Position numbers and translations under genes: made by a program. From an uncultured delta proteobacterium (GTDB taxonomy: Bacteria > Desulfobacterota > Binatia > UBA9968), in NCBI GenBank assembly GCA_963840855.1, contig CAWJBB010000027.1, positions 32,001 through 96,000 of the forward strand: a DNA stretch of 64,000 nucleotides, in the 5' to 3' direction. Positions within the stretch are counted from its first letter, which is position 1, and every line of letters begins with the position of its first letter. The notes under the pieces were generated by a model that worked only from the letters and a program-made list of their open reading frames with translations, searched no databases and was not told where the DNA came from. Positions 49,823 to 59,814 of this stretch are shown here, in pieces.

Positions 49823-50638
49823 ATGCCGATCGTATTCGCCTGCGCCGCGAGCCATGCTCCCGGGATGACCGCGTGGACCGAAGCCGCGCCGAAGGATCAA
49901 GCCGATAAATTTCTTGGTAGCTATCGCAAGCTCGGCGAACGGCTTGCGGCATCGAAGCCCGATGCGATCGTCGCCCTCACCGTCGAACATTGGGCCAACT
50001 TTTTTCTGAACTCGATGCCGGCGTTTTGTATCGGTCGCGCAGATCATTACGATGGTCCTATCGAAGAATGGCTGAGAATCCCCAAAGCGCGGGTCCCCGG
50101 CGATGCGCAATTGGCCGCGGCGCTGATCGATGCCTGCCTCGACGGGGGTTTCGATCCGACTTTTTCCGATGAGCTATTGTTCGATCATGCGACCTTTCTC
50201 CCCCTGCACTTTTTGAATCCCAGCATGGCCGTACCCGTCGTGCCCGTGATTATCAATACCCTGACAACCCCAATGCCATCTGCCAGGCGTTGCTTCGCCC
50301 TCGGCGAGTTTCTCGGAAAAGTTTTGGCAAGGAGCGAGAAGCGGATCGCGATGATCGCCACCGGCGGCTTGTCACACTGGCCGGGCGAAGCCAAGCATGG
50401 CAAGATCAACATCCCCTTCGACAAGAAATTTCTCGATAATCTATTGACCAACGATCTTAGCAGTCTGAGCGCCTATACCCATGACGAGATCAACGCCGAA
50501 GCCGGTTCCGGCGGCCACGAAATCAGGACCTGGATCGCCCTCGCCGGCGCGGTGCAAAGCTGGAAGGCGGAATTGCTAGCCTACGAGCCGGTGGTTCCGT
50601 GGGCCACGGGTTGCGGCCTGGTCGCATTCAACCGGTGA
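49823..50638 (+). CDS. Class III (LigB/MhpB) extradiol ring-cleavage dioxygenase
   Basis: ASHAP, EHWANFF, DHA, GGLSHWPG, HEIRTW. Confidence 0.88.
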   Translation: MPIVFACAASHAPGMTAWTEAAPKDQADKFLGSYRKLGERLAASKPDAIVALTVEHWANFFLNSMPAFCIGRADHYDGPIEEWLRIPKARVPGDAQLAAALIDACLDGGFDPTFSDELLFDHATFLPLHFLNPSMAVPVVPVIINTLTTPMPSARRCFALGEFLGKVLARSEKRIAMIATGGLSHWPGEAKHGKINIPFDKKFLDNLLTNDLSSLSAYTHDEINAEAGSGGHEIRTWIALAGAVQSWKAELLAYEPVVPWATGCGLVAFNR

Positions 50639-50728
50639 GTTCAAGTCGTTCAAGCCGTTCAAATCGTTCCAGCCGTCGAACAATCCGGCATCGTTTTGAA
50701 CAACTTGAACGGTTTGAACTTTTTGAAC
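50639..50728. repeat. Nonamer inverted-repeat hairpin (GTTCAAGYC / nnTTTGAAC), copy A
   Basis: gttcaagtc gttcaagcc gttcaaatc gttccagcc gtcgaacaatccgg ... ttttgaac aacttgaac ggtttgaac tttttgaac. Confidence 0.92.
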
Positions 50729-50800
50729 GTCGTGATTGGCGTGCCTTCGTGGTGATACCGTTTTTGTTTCTTGTGTTTAAATTCTTATCCTCATACTAAT

Positions 50801-50827
50801 GCCTGTTGCCTCTCGCCTATTGCCTAT
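50801..50827. repeat. Single heptamer arm (GCCTNTT family) abutting an ATG
   Basis: gcctgtt gcctctc gcctatt gcctat-ATG. Confidence 0.65.
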
Positions 50828-51822
50828 ATGAAATTCAGCCTGCACAGCGTCCACGGCGGCGTCAAAAACATCGACGAGATCCACAAGCGCGCCCGGCGCG
50901 CCGAAGAGCTGGCCTACCACGGCATCTTTCTCGGCGAAAGTCATTTGAGCTCAATCGACTCGTTCCAGACACTTGCGAGTTGCGCGATGATCACCAAACG
51001 CGTTCTCCTGGGCATCGCCGTTACCAATATGGTATTTCGCCATCCAACGGTTCTGGCGGGAGCCGCAGCGTCATTGAATGAGATTTCCACAGGCCGCGCC
51101 ATACTCGGCCTCGGCACCGGTGACGGCCCGGTTTATTCGCAAGGCCTAAAAGCCACGCGACTGCTTGAGTTCGAAGAAGGTGTGCGGCTCATTCGCCACC
51201 TCGTGCAAGGTAATCCGGCTCTATTTCCGACCGGAAAAGTCGGCATCGGTTTCACGATCAACAAACCGGCGCCGATTTATGTTTCAGCTGAGGGACCCAA
51301 AGGATTGCAGCTCGCTGGACGCTCGGCCGACGGCGTCATCCTGGGGACAGGTTTCGACCTGCGCGTTTACGAGTGGGGCAAGGAACAAATCCGCGCCGGC
51401 GCGGCCGAGACCGGACGCGACGAAAGCGCGATTGGCATCATCGCCGCCGGCATGCTCTGCGTGCGTAGCGACGGCGATGAAGCGAGAAGGATCGTCCGCA
51501 ATCGTATCGCCAACCGCGCCCATCACAATTTTCGCTTCACGTTGGAAACCGTGCCGCCGGACGAGCTCGAAGGCGTCAAGAAATTCATGGACGGCTTCGA
51601 CGTCATGCGGCCGATGGAAGATCGCGTTGACCCAGACTTGGTCAATCACTATCTCATTCACCGATTTTCAATCGCCGGTAATCCTGCGTGAATGCATTGA
51701 CACGCATCGAAGAGCTGAAAGCCGCCGGGGTGGAGCATCTTATGCTCACACCGGCGCGGAAAGTTTACGGCGAGACGGTCGAGGCCTTCGCGACAAAGGT
51801 AATGCCCCACTTCAGAACCTAA
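50828..51822 (+). CDS. LLM-class oxidoreductase, frameshifted near 51689-51702
   Basis: AEELAYHGIFLGESH, RHPTVLA, GRAILGLGTGD, LAGRSADGVI; removing two inserted bases gives GNPAECI.RIEELKAAGVEHL...VMPHFRT*. Confidence 0.82.
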
Positions 51823-51874
51823 GACCGCGCGCCCTCCCATCTCGCCCGTCGCCCAGCTCGGTAACGCACAGCTC

Positions 51875-52216
51875 TCAAAGCTTCTCATCCTCGGGCACAA
51901 TATCGGTCACCAGATCGCGGATCAGCGGCCGTTTCGGCAGCGGCTCGACGGTAATCATGTCGGGCGTGAGCTTGGCGATGCAGGTATATTCGACTTCGCC
52001 GTTAACCAGCGCCACGCAGGTCTTGCAGGCATTGGCGTTGATGCAGCTGTAGCGAATTGCCAGGGAGCTATCCAAGTGGCCCCGTATCCAGCGCAGCGCG
52101 TCCAGTACCGACATGCCCTCTTCATAGGGAACCTCGAAGTCATCGTACCGCCCTTGATCGCGGCGCGCGCCGCGCCAGACGCGTAGCGAGGTTTTTTTTG
52201 GCGCGCCTTCAGCCAT
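51875..52216 (-). CDS. 2Fe-2S protein resembling the N-terminal domain of SdhB/FrdB
   Basis: GMSVLDALRWIR, YSCINANACKTC...YTC, VEPL...IRDLV; no 4Fe-4S/3Fe-4S domain. Confidence 0.82.
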   Translation of the reverse strand: MAEGAPKKTSLRVWRGARRDQGRYDDFEVPYEEGMSVLDALRWIRGHLDSSLAIRYSCINANACKTCVALVNGEVEYTCIAKLTPDMITVEPLPKRPLIRDLVTDIVPEDEKL

Positions 52217-53915
52217 CGACGCCTGTCCTTCGATGCAATCGCACCGGCTCGGCCCAACGCGAAACGAGATTACCTTCGGTTAGCTCTAGTACCTGGTTTT
52301 TCAAAAATTCGCCGTCGCTCTCGGGAAAATCTTCGCGCTGGTGCGCGCCCCGGCTCTCCGCCCGCGATAGCGCCGAGACTACCACCGCCTCGGCTGTGGC
52401 CAACATCGCGCGCAGCTCGAACCAATCCTGGAGATCGAGATTGAATGATGCTTCGGCGCCGACGGCGGCATTCACGAGATCGTGATCGCGCATTTGTCTA
52501 ATACGCGACAGCGCCTTGGAGAGCTTAACGCCTGTGCGAAACGGCCCCGCCTGCTCCCACATGAGGTTTTGCAGTTCGATCTGCAGCGCGGCGGGACTCA
52601 CGGCGCGCCGTTTGGGCGCTGCACAGAGCGCTCGCATTCGGTCATGCGACTCGCGCGCCCACTCGATCTTCCAGAGCGCTTTGGCGTGGCGCGAATATTC
52701 TGCCGCCGCCGAACCGGCGCGGTGGCCAAAGACGAAAGCCTCGGTGATAGCGTTGCCCGACAAGCGATTGGCGCCGTTGGCGCCACCCACCGCCTCGCCG
52801 GCGGCGTAAAGTCCTTGAAAGCGGGTCGCCATTTGCGCGTCCACGCGAATGCCGCCCATGTGATAGTGCGCCATGGGGCCGACCTCAACGGGCGTCTTGG
52901 TGAGATCGATGCCATTATTGAGCAAGCGATCGATCACCGGCCCGAACGCGGCGCGCAGACTCGCTTCAGGCATATGGCGAAAGTCGAGGTAGGCGCCGCC
53001 GTGCGGCGTGCCGCGTCCCGCTTCTAATTCTTTCAAGATCGCGTAAGCCGCGATATCGCGGGTGGCGTTGTACTCGCCGAAATCGCTGCTGCCGTAACGG
53101 TCGATGAATTCCTGGAATTCACCGTTAAGCAACCTGCCGCCGAGTTTGTAACGAAACGGGTCCCACATGATCGGGTCCATGCCGACCAATCGCGGCGCCA
53201 GGTGGCCGATGGGAAAAAATTGCACGAACTCCATATCGATCAACTCGGCGCCGGCCCAGAGTGCCAGCGCATAAGCTTCGCCGCCCATATTCGCCGACGC
53301 GCTGTTGCGCGCATATAGCTTGGTCAAGCCCCCGGCGGCAAGAATCACGGCTTTGGCCTGCACGGTGACGAACTCGCCAGAGGCGATATCCAAGCCGATG
53401 GCACCCACAGCACGACCGTCCTTGGCGACGATTTCGATAACCGCGTGGTTACTGATGCGGTGGATTTGCGCGATTTCGCTGACCTTGCGCCTTAGCGTGG
53501 CGGCTACGGCGGGACCGGTGTTGAGAAAGTCGACGTAGCAGCAGCGCTTCACCCTATGCCCTGGCGCGTGCTCTTGCTTGATATGGCCGTCTTCACGCGC
53601 CCAGCGCGTACCCCATTGCTCCATCTCGAGAATACGCGCGGGCCCTTCTTCGCATAGAAGCGCCGACAGCTCCTCGTTGCACAGGCCGCGCCCGGCTTTC
53701 AGCGTATCGTCGAAGTGCAACGCCACGGAGTCCGGCTCTTGATGGCCCAGCGCCACGGCGACGGTCATCTGCGCCATGATGGTCGCGCCGCCGCGTCCCA
53801 CCTGGCTCTTATCGAGCAGAATGACGGAAGCGCCGTTTTGCGCCGCGGCGATGGCCGCGTACATGCCGGCGCCGCCAGCGCCAACGACGAGAACATCAGT
53901 AGCTAAATGGGGCAT
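52209..53915 (-). CDS. SdhA/FrdA/NadB-family flavoprotein (non-canonical active site)
   Basis: GAGGAG, DMEFVQF, HYHMGG, AAGE, GANRLSGN, ESRGAH. Confidence 0.85.
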   Translation of the reverse strand: MPHLATDVLVVGAGGAGMYAAIAAAQNGASVILLDKSQVGRGGATIMAQMTVAVALGHQEPDSVALHFDDTLKAGRGLCNEELSALLCEEGPARILEMEQWGTRWAREDGHIKQEHAPGHRVKRCCYVDFLNTGPAVAATLRRKVSEIAQIHRISNHAVIEIVAKDGRAVGAIGLDIASGEFVTVQAKAVILAAGGLTKLYARNSASANMGGEAYALALWAGAELIDMEFVQFFPIGHLAPRLVGMDPIMWDPFRYKLGGRLLNGEFQEFIDRYGSSDFGEYNATRDIAAYAILKELEAGRGTPHGGAYLDFRHMPEASLRAAFGPVIDRLLNNGIDLTKTPVEVGPMAHYHMGGIRVDAQMATRFQGLYAAGEAVGGANGANRLSGNAITEAFVFGHRAGSAAAEYSRHAKALWKIEWARESHDRMRALCAAPKRRAVSPAALQIELQNLMWEQAGPFRTGVKLSKALSRIRQMRDHDLVNAAVGAEASFNLDLQDWFELRAMLATAEAVVVSALSRAESRGAHQREDFPESDGEFLKNQVLELTEGNLVSRWAEPVRLHRRTGVDG

Positions 53916-53934
53916 AACCAAAATTATCGGCGCG

Positions 53935-54007
53935 GTTCAAGTCGTTCAAGCCGTCGAACAATCCGGACCACGTTTTAAACGACTTGAACGGTTTGAACTT
54001 TCTGAAC
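53935..54007. repeat. Nonamer inverted-repeat hairpin, copy B (close match to copy A)
   Basis: gttcaagtc gttcaagcc gtcgaacaatccgg ... ttttaaac gacttgaac ggtttgaac tttctgaac. Confidence 0.92.
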
Positions 54008-54071
54008 TTCGTTACGTCGTGCCTTCGTGATGAGAGCCATTTTAAATGCGGTTTCCTGATGACAGGGAGTG

Positions 54072-54812
54072 TTAACAGTCGTCAGTCAATCCGCTCTGCT
54101 GAAGTTCCCGCAACGCCTTTTTGGCCGCTTCTTGCTCCGACTGTTTTTTGCTGGGGCCTTCGCCGCGGCCAAGCACTCTGCCGCCAACAAAGATCTCCGT
54201 CACAAAGCGTTTCGCGTGGTCGGGGCCCTTTTCGGCAATCATCCGGTAAACCGGCGGCTGGCGAAAAAGCATTTGGCTGATTTCCTGAAGCCGGGTTTTG
54301 AAATCCCGCTGGCCGAGTTTTTTCTCGCCCAGATCCGCGCCGAAATAGCGTTCGACGATACGGAGCGCCGCGCCGTAGCCACCGTCGCGAAAGACCGCGC
54401 CGATGAGCGCTTCGAAAGCGCCGGCGAGAATGGATGGCTTGGTCCGCCCGCCGCTGCGCTCTTCGCCCTTGCCTAGGCGCAAGAACGCGCCAAGATTGAG
54501 TTGCGCTGCTTTCTCCGCCAGCACGTCGGAGTTCACCAGACCCGCGCGCATGCGCGACAGGTCGCCTTCGCTTCTTTCAGGATGGCGGCGGATCAATAGC
54601 TCGCTGACGGCGAGGTCCAGAACCGCATCACCGAGGAATTCCAAGACCTCGTTGTGGCCGTCGCTTGGGCTGCGCTCGTGGGAGACATGGGTCAAGCAGC
54701 ACTCGAGCAGTGTGGGATCGGCAAAGCTGTAACCCAGCTCGCCTTGCAGTTGCGCGAGTGAAGGCTCTTGTTTCACGCCGTTAAAATGCGTGAGCGGCGG
54801 CGCCGTGATCAC
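54072..54812 (-). CDS. rnc: Ribonuclease III
   Basis: NEVLEFLGDAVL, LGKGEE, FEALIGA, dsRBD DFKTRLQE...GPDH...SKKQSEQEAA. Confidence 0.95.
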   Translation of the reverse strand: MITAPPLTHFNGVKQEPSLAQLQGELGYSFADPTLLECCLTHVSHERSPSDGHNEVLEFLGDAVLDLAVSELLIRRHPERSEGDLSRMRAGLVNSDVLAEKAAQLNLGAFLRLGKGEERSGGRTKPSILAGAFEALIGAVFRDGGYGAALRIVERYFGADLGEKKLGQRDFKTRLQEISQMLFRQPPVYRMIAEKGPDHAKRFVTEIFVGGRVLGRGEGPSKKQSEQEAAKKALRELQQSGLTDDC

Positions 54813-56133
54813 CGACCGTGTTTAGCCCCGCGCCGGTCATTAAATGGCCGCGCAGCCAGCCGTTTTGCACTCCCTCGAGCTTTACGTTCACTTCCCGATT
54901 CGTGAGTTTCGGTTCATGGGGGAGCATCACCGGCAGATAATTTCGGCTAAATCCCCGGCAGAGGCCAGTCGCCTTGTCAGTTTTCTCTTCCACCAGCACG
55001 GAAACAATTTGGCCGAGAAATCCGGCGCAAAAGTTCCGTTTTTTTTGCCCGCCGAGCTCGCGCATTTTGTGCGCTCGGCGTTTCTTGACATCAGCGGGAA
55101 CATGCCCAGGCAACGACGCCGCGGCCGTTCCGCGCCGCTCGGAATACGGAAAAACGTGAAAATAAGTAAGCGGCAGCGACGCGAAATATCCCAGCGAACT
55201 TTCGAACTGGGCATCGCTCTCAGCGGGGAACCCGACGATGATATCGCTGCCAATGGCGGCATCCGGCAAACGCTCGCGCACCTTGACTAACAGTTCGCGA
55301 TAATACGCCGTGTCATAATTGCGGCGCATCTGTTTGAGAATCCCATCATCGCCGGCTTGAGCGCAGACGTGCAAATGGGCGCAGATGACTTCGGAGCCGG
55401 CGATCAAGTCCAGCAGACGGTCCGGCACTTCACGTGGGTCAAGAGAGCTTAGTCTCAGGCGCGGGATCAAACCGCTCTCGGCGATCATTTCCAAGAGGTT
55501 GGTTAAATCCGTTTTCGGATCTAGGTCCTGACCGTAGCTGCCCAGGTGAATGCCCGTAACTACGATTTCGCGATAGCCCGCGCCCGCCAGCGCGCGCACC
55601 TGTTCGAGAACTTCGCGGGGCGAGACGCTGCGGCTTAGACCGCGCGCCGCGGGAATAATGCAATAGGTGCAAGAATAATTGCAGCCTTCCTGAATTTTTA
55701 GAAACGCTCGGGTACGTCCCGGCAGCGCCCGCGTGCCGAGCACCGGTACGCCGCGCTCGCGCCTGACCTCGCTCACGGCGATCACCGCCTCGCGCGGCGG
55801 CCCGGGCATATCGACAAAACGCAACAGGTCATCGAGGCGATTGAGGCCAACGACGTAATTCACTCCCGGCACTCGCGCGACCTCCGCCGGGCTCACTTGA
55901 GCATAACAGCCGGTGACTATGACCTGTGCCCCGGGATTGGCGCGTTTCGCCCGCCGCACCAACTGGCGCGCCTCCCAATCGGCGCGGTCCGTTACGGTAC
56001 AGGTGTTGATGACGTAACAATCGGCCGCTTCTTCGAACCGCACGAACGAGTGTCTGTCCTCCAGACGGTTTTGGATCACCGCGGAATCATACTGGTTGAT
56101 CTTGCAACCGAGTGTGGTGATGGCAATGCGCAT
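54781..56133 (-). CDS. mtaB: tRNA t6A37 methylthiotransferase
   Basis: TLGCKINQYDS, INTCTVT, KIQEGCNYSCTYC, HVFPYSERRGT; start reassigned to ATG 56133. Confidence 0.92.
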   Translation of the reverse strand: MRIAITTLGCKINQYDSAVIQNRLEDRHSFVRFEEAADCYVINTCTVTDRADWEARQLVRRAKRANPGAQVIVTGCYAQVSPAEVARVPGVNYVVGLNRLDDLLRFVDMPGPPREAVIAVSEVRRERGVPVLGTRALPGRTRAFLKIQEGCNYSCTYCIIPAARGLSRSVSPREVLEQVRALAGAGYREIVVTGIHLGSYGQDLDPKTDLTNLLEMIAESGLIPRLRLSSLDPREVPDRLLDLIAGSEVICAHLHVCAQAGDDGILKQMRRNYDTAYYRELLVKVRERLPDAAIGSDIIVGFPAESDAQFESSLGYFASLPLTYFHVFPYSERRGTAAASLPGHVPADVKKRRAHKMRELGGQKKRNFCAGFLGQIVSVLVEEKTDKATGLCRGFSRNYLPVMLPHEPKLTNREVNVKLEGVQNGWLRGHLMTGAGLNTVGDHGAAAHAF

Positions 56134-56139
56134 GTTTTT

Positions 56140-56205
56140 ATTTTGGATTTTTGATTTTCGATTCAATCCAAAATCCCAAATTATCCCAAATCCAAAATCT
56201 AAAAT
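56140..56205. repeat. Heptamer inverted-repeat hairpin, TTTTGGA / TCCAAAA family
   Basis: attttgg atttttg attttcg att c aatccaa aatccca ... aatccaa aatctaa aat. Confidence 0.88.
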
Positions 56206-57266
56206 TCTTTGATCGCCTTTTCAATCCATCCTCCGCCCAGCACTGCTTCGCCGCGATAGAAAACCGCGGCCTGTCCCGGGGTCACCGCGGGGAAGGCTTC
56301 TCTGAAGCGAACTTCGCAGCTATCGGTCCGTGCATGGCGGATGACACAGGAAACCGCCGGCGCGCGGTAGCGGATCTGCACTTCGGCCTCGACTTCGGCG
56401 CCGCCCGGATCGTCGTGCCAATTGACGGATCGGGCGGTTAACCCCGCGCAGCTTAGTTCTTGCTTCTTGCCTACGACGACGCGCCTGGATCCTTCATCGA
56501 TATCGACAACGTAAAGCGGCTCAGCCGCCGAAATTCCCAATCCCCGGCGCTGGCCGATGGTCACGCCGTGAATGCCGCCGTGCCGTCCAAGAACTTTACC
56601 CGACCGGTCGACGACGTCACCGCCGCGAAGCTCGTTCTCCTCCGCGTAGGTTGCGACCAATGCCTTATAATCGCCGAAGCAGATATCCTGACTTTCCGGG
56701 CGTTCCGCCGCCGCCAATCCGAACCGCCGCGCCAACTCGCGCACCTCGCTCTTTTGCATCTCCCCCAACGGGAGCAGCGTGCGCGTCAGATGCTTCTGGG
56801 ACAACGCAAACAGAAAATAAGACTGGTCCTTGCTGCGGTCGGCGCCGCGCAATAACGAACTTCGGCCGCTGTCGCCGTGCCGTGCGATCCGTGCATAGTG
56901 GCCCGTGGCGAGGTAATCCGCCCGCCGCTCTTTGGCCCACTTGAGCAACATGCCGAACTTGAAATCTCGGTTGCACGCAACGCAAGGGTTTGGCGTGCGC
57001 CCGTGGAGATAGTTCTCGGCAAACGGCTTCACTACCCTGTCGGCAAATTCGGCGCGCAAATCGATCAGCGTGTGGGGTATGCCCAACTCCGCCGCGATTT
57101 CTTTCGCGCCGCGATGATCCGAGCAGACGCGCGGCCCGGCGTTTCCTTCCCACATGCGCAGTGAAACGCCCAGCACCTCATAGCCCTGCTCGACAAGCAG
57201 CGCGGCGGCCACCGAGCTATCTACGCCGCCGCTCATGGCAACCACCACTTTTTCTCTATTGAACAT
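56199..57266 (-). CDS. mnmA: tRNA 2-thiouridylase
   Basis: AMSGGVDS, TPNPCVACN, ATGHY, KDQSYFL, ESQDICF, TPGQAAV. Confidence 0.95.
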   Translation of the reverse strand: MFNREKVVVAMSGGVDSSVAAALLVEQGYEVLGVSLRMWEGNAGPRVCSDHRGAKEIAAELGIPHTLIDLRAEFADRVVKPFAENYLHGRTPNPCVACNRDFKFGMLLKWAKERRADYLATGHYARIARHGDSGRSSLLRGADRSKDQSYFLFALSQKHLTRTLLPLGEMQKSEVRELARRFGLAAAERPESQDICFGDYKALVATYAEENELRGGDVVDRSGKVLGRHGGIHGVTIGQRRGLGISAAEPLYVVDIDEGSRRVVVGKKQELSCAGLTARSVNWHDDPGGAEVEAEVQIRYRAPAVSCVIRHARTDSCEVRFREAFPAVTPGQAAVFYRGEAVLGGGWIEKAIKEF

Positions 57267-57322
57267 ACACCAATATTCCTGGCAGCCGCTCTTGACCGAT
57301 CTGCAGGTTCGCGCACTTCGAA

Positions 57323-57394
57323 GTTTCTAGTTCCTAGTTTCGGGTTTCTAGTTTTCGAATTTAAACTAGAAACAGGGAACCTGAAACTAGAAAC
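57323..57394. repeat. Heptamer inverted-repeat hairpin, TTTCTAG / CTAGAAA family
   Basis: gtttcta gttccta gtttcgg gtttcta gttt ... aaactag aaacagg gaacctg aaactag aaac. Confidence 0.9.
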
Positions 57395-57402
57395 CGATTG
57401 AA

Positions 57403-58137
57403 TCAGTTCCCCGTATTCCTGAGCAGCTCTTTCACTTTGTTTAGAACTTCGCTCTCCTCGGCGGTTTTTTCCTCGAGCCCGCCTTGGCGCGCATTCAATT
57501 CATCGATCTTCTTTTCTAATTTTTCAACATAGTCGGCCAGGCTGCCGATCGCTTTAGCGATTGGGTCGGGCAGGTCGGCTGAGTTGAGGTCGATAATCGC
57601 TTTGCCTGTAGGCGTATGCCTCGCTTCGATCTTTACGATTTTGCCCGGGACACCCACCACCGTGGAGTGCGGTGGCACGGAGGTCACGAGCACCGAGCCG
57701 GCTCCCACCCGGCTATGGCGACCGACGGTCACCGGACCAAGAACTGCCGCTCCGCTGAAAATCGTGACCGAATCCTCGATCGTGGGATGACGCTTGATTC
57801 GCTCGGTCGACGTACCGCCGAGCGTGACACCCTGGTAAATCGTCACATCGTCGCCGATTTCGGTGGTCTCACCGATAACGACACCCATACCGTGGTCGAT
57901 AAAAAAGCGCCGGCCGATTTTCGCGCCAGGATGGATCTCGATACCGGTAAGGAAGCGGCCGATATGGCTCACGAAGCGCGCCAGGGTAGTGAGTTGGCGC
58001 TGCCATAGCCAGTGCGCCAGCCGGTGCAACAGGATCGCGTGAAAACCAGGATAAGCAAGCGCGATTTCCCACAGCGACCGCAATGCGGGGTCGCGCTGGG
58101 AAATAACTTGGATATCTTCTTTAAGACTGTTCCACAT
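57403..58137 (-). CDS. cysE: Serine O-acetyltransferase
   Basis: [39 protein letters not shown]. Confidence 0.95.
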   Translation of the reverse strand: MWNSLKEDIQVISQRDPALRSLWEIALAYPGFHAILLHRLAHWLWQRQLTTLARFVSHIGRFLTGIEIHPGAKIGRRFFIDHGMGVVIGETTEIGDDVTIYQGVTLGGTSTERIKRHPTIEDSVTIFSGAAVLGPVTVGRHSRVGAGSVLVTSVPPHSTVVGVPGKIVKIEARHTPTGKAIIDLNSADLPDPIAKAIGSLADYVEKLEKKIDELNARQGGLEEKTAEESEVLNKVKELLRNTGN

Positions 58138-58148
58138 GACGAGTGGGA

Positions 58149-58226
58149 GCGAGGCGTGAGGCGTGAGGGGTGAGAAAGAAATGGTCTATCCGTTCCCTCT
58201 CGCCTGTTGCCTTCCGCCTCTCGCCT
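58149..58226. repeat. Heptamer inverted-repeat hairpin, GTGAGGC / GCCTCTC family
   Basis: gcgaggc gtgaggc gtgaggg gtgag ... ccctctc gcctgtt gccttcc gcctctc gcct. Confidence 0.85.
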
Positions 58227-58233
58227 GCCAATC

Positions 58234-59814
58234 TTAATTGGCCCGGTGCCGCTCCTCCTTGTATAGCTTGTAATCGATGCTGTCCACCAGTGCCTGCCAG
58301 CTCGCCTCGATAACGTTATGAGAAACTCCGACTGTTCCCCAGCGGTCCTTGCCGTCGCCCGACTCGATCAACACCCGCACCATGGCGCCGGTGCCTTCGC
58401 CCGACGACAACACGCGCACCTTGTAATCCAACAGCTCCACCTGTTTGAGCGACGGATAAAACTTTGTCAGCGCGCGGCGCAGTGCCTGGTCGAGCGCGTT
58501 CACGGGGCCGTTGCCCATGGCCGCGGCGTGCTCCATCACGCCATCGACCTGCACCATGATGGTGGCCTCGGAGATCGGCGGCTCGCCTTCTTTGCGCTTC
58601 TCATCGATGACGCGAAAGCCCAGCAGGCCGAAGTTTTTCTTTTTTTTGCCCAGCGCCTCTTGGATCAGCAGCTCGAAAGACGCCTCAGCCGCTTCGAATT
58701 CGTAGCCCTGGCTTTCCAGCTCCTTGGTGCGGCGCAGGATATCGTGAATCGCTTCGCCTTTGTCGGTAAGATCGATACCATACTCTTTCCCCTTGTAGAC
58801 GACGTTGCTCCGGCCGGAAAGGTCTGAGACCAACACCCGCTGCCGGTTGCCGACCAGGTCGGGATCGATATGCTCGTAGGTCTCGCGGTTCTTGAGCACC
58901 CCGGAGACATGCAGCCCGCCTTTATGCGCGAAGGCGCTGTCGCCCACATAGGCCTGGCGCTTGTTGGGCTGAAGATTCGCCAGTTCGTAAAAGAGATGGG
59001 AGACCTCGCGCAGTTTCTTGAGCTGCGCCGGTTTGACGCAATTTTTCCCCATTTTCAATTGCAAATTGGCAATCACCGAAACCAGATTCACGTTGCCACA
59101 ACGCTCGCCGAAACCATTGATCGTCCCCTGTACCTGGGTAACGCCCATCTCGACGCCCGCCAGCGTGTTGGCCACGGCCAGCTCGCCGTCGTTATGGCAG
59201 TGGATGCCGAGGGGCGTCTTGACGGTCCGATTCACATGGCTGAGCGCCTCGCGAATTTCACCCGGCAGGCGCCCGCCGTTGGTGTCGCAGAGCACGATCC
59301 AGTCTGCACCGCCTTCTTGCGCCGCCTTGAGGCATGCCAGCGCATAGTCGGGATTGGCGCGGAAGCCATCGAAAAAATGCTCGGCGTCGAAAATCACTTC
59401 GTCCACGCGCCGCTTGATGAAGGCGATGGAATCCGCGATGACCTCCAGGTTTGCCTTCTGGCTGATGCGCAGGTCATCGCGCACATGCAGGTCCCAGGTT
59501 TTTCCTACCAGGGTAACCACCGGCGTACCGGCGTCGAGCAGCACTTTCAAGTTCAAGTCCTGCGACGGTTTCGCGCCGGGCTTGCGGGTGGTCCCGAAGG
59601 AAGCGATCTTGACGTTTTTCAACTTGAGCGTTTTCACTCGCTTGAAAAAATCGGCGTCGCGAGAATTGGAGCCGGGGTATCCGCCCTCGATGTAATCGAT
59701 GCCCATCTCCGCCAGCTTCTCCGCAATGCGCAGCTTGTCTTCGAGGGTAAAAGAAATGTCCTCGGCCTGGCAGCCGTCCCGCAAAGTCGTGTCGTAGAGC
59801 AGTACGTCCTTCAT
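58234..59814 (-). CDS. cimA: Citramalate synthase
   Basis: [48 protein letters not shown]. Confidence 0.92.
   Translation of the reverse strand: MKDVLLYDTTLRDGCQAEDISFTLEDKLRIAEKLAEMGIDYIEGGYPGSNSRDADFFKRVKTLKLKNVKIASFGTTRKPGAKPSQDLNLKVLLDAGTPVVTLVGKTWDLHVRDDLRISQKANLEVIADSIAFIKRRVDEVIFDAEHFFDGFRANPDYALACLKAAQEGGADWIVLCDTNGGRLPGEIREALSHVNRTVKTPLGIHCHNDGELAVANTLAGVEMGVTQVQGTINGFGERCGNVNLVSVIANLQLKMGKNCVKPAQLKKLREVSHLFYELANLQPNKRQAYVGDSAFAHKGGLHVSGVLKNRETYEHIDPDLVGNRQRVLVSDLSGRSNVVYKGKEYGIDLTDKGEAIHDILRRTKELESQGYEFEAAEASFELLIQEALGKKKKNFGLLGFRVIDEKRKEGEPPISEATIMVQVDGVMEHAAAMGNGPVNALDQALRRALTKFYPSLKQVELLDYKVRVLSSGEGTGAMVRVLIESGDGKDRWGTVGVSHNVIEASWQALVDSIDYKLYKEERHRAN

Noticed and set aside
51689-51691. 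TGA in the LLM gene as a second selenocysteine codon
   Set aside because: Read-through hits another TGA three codons later and the position is not a Cys site; the protein continues in another frame.
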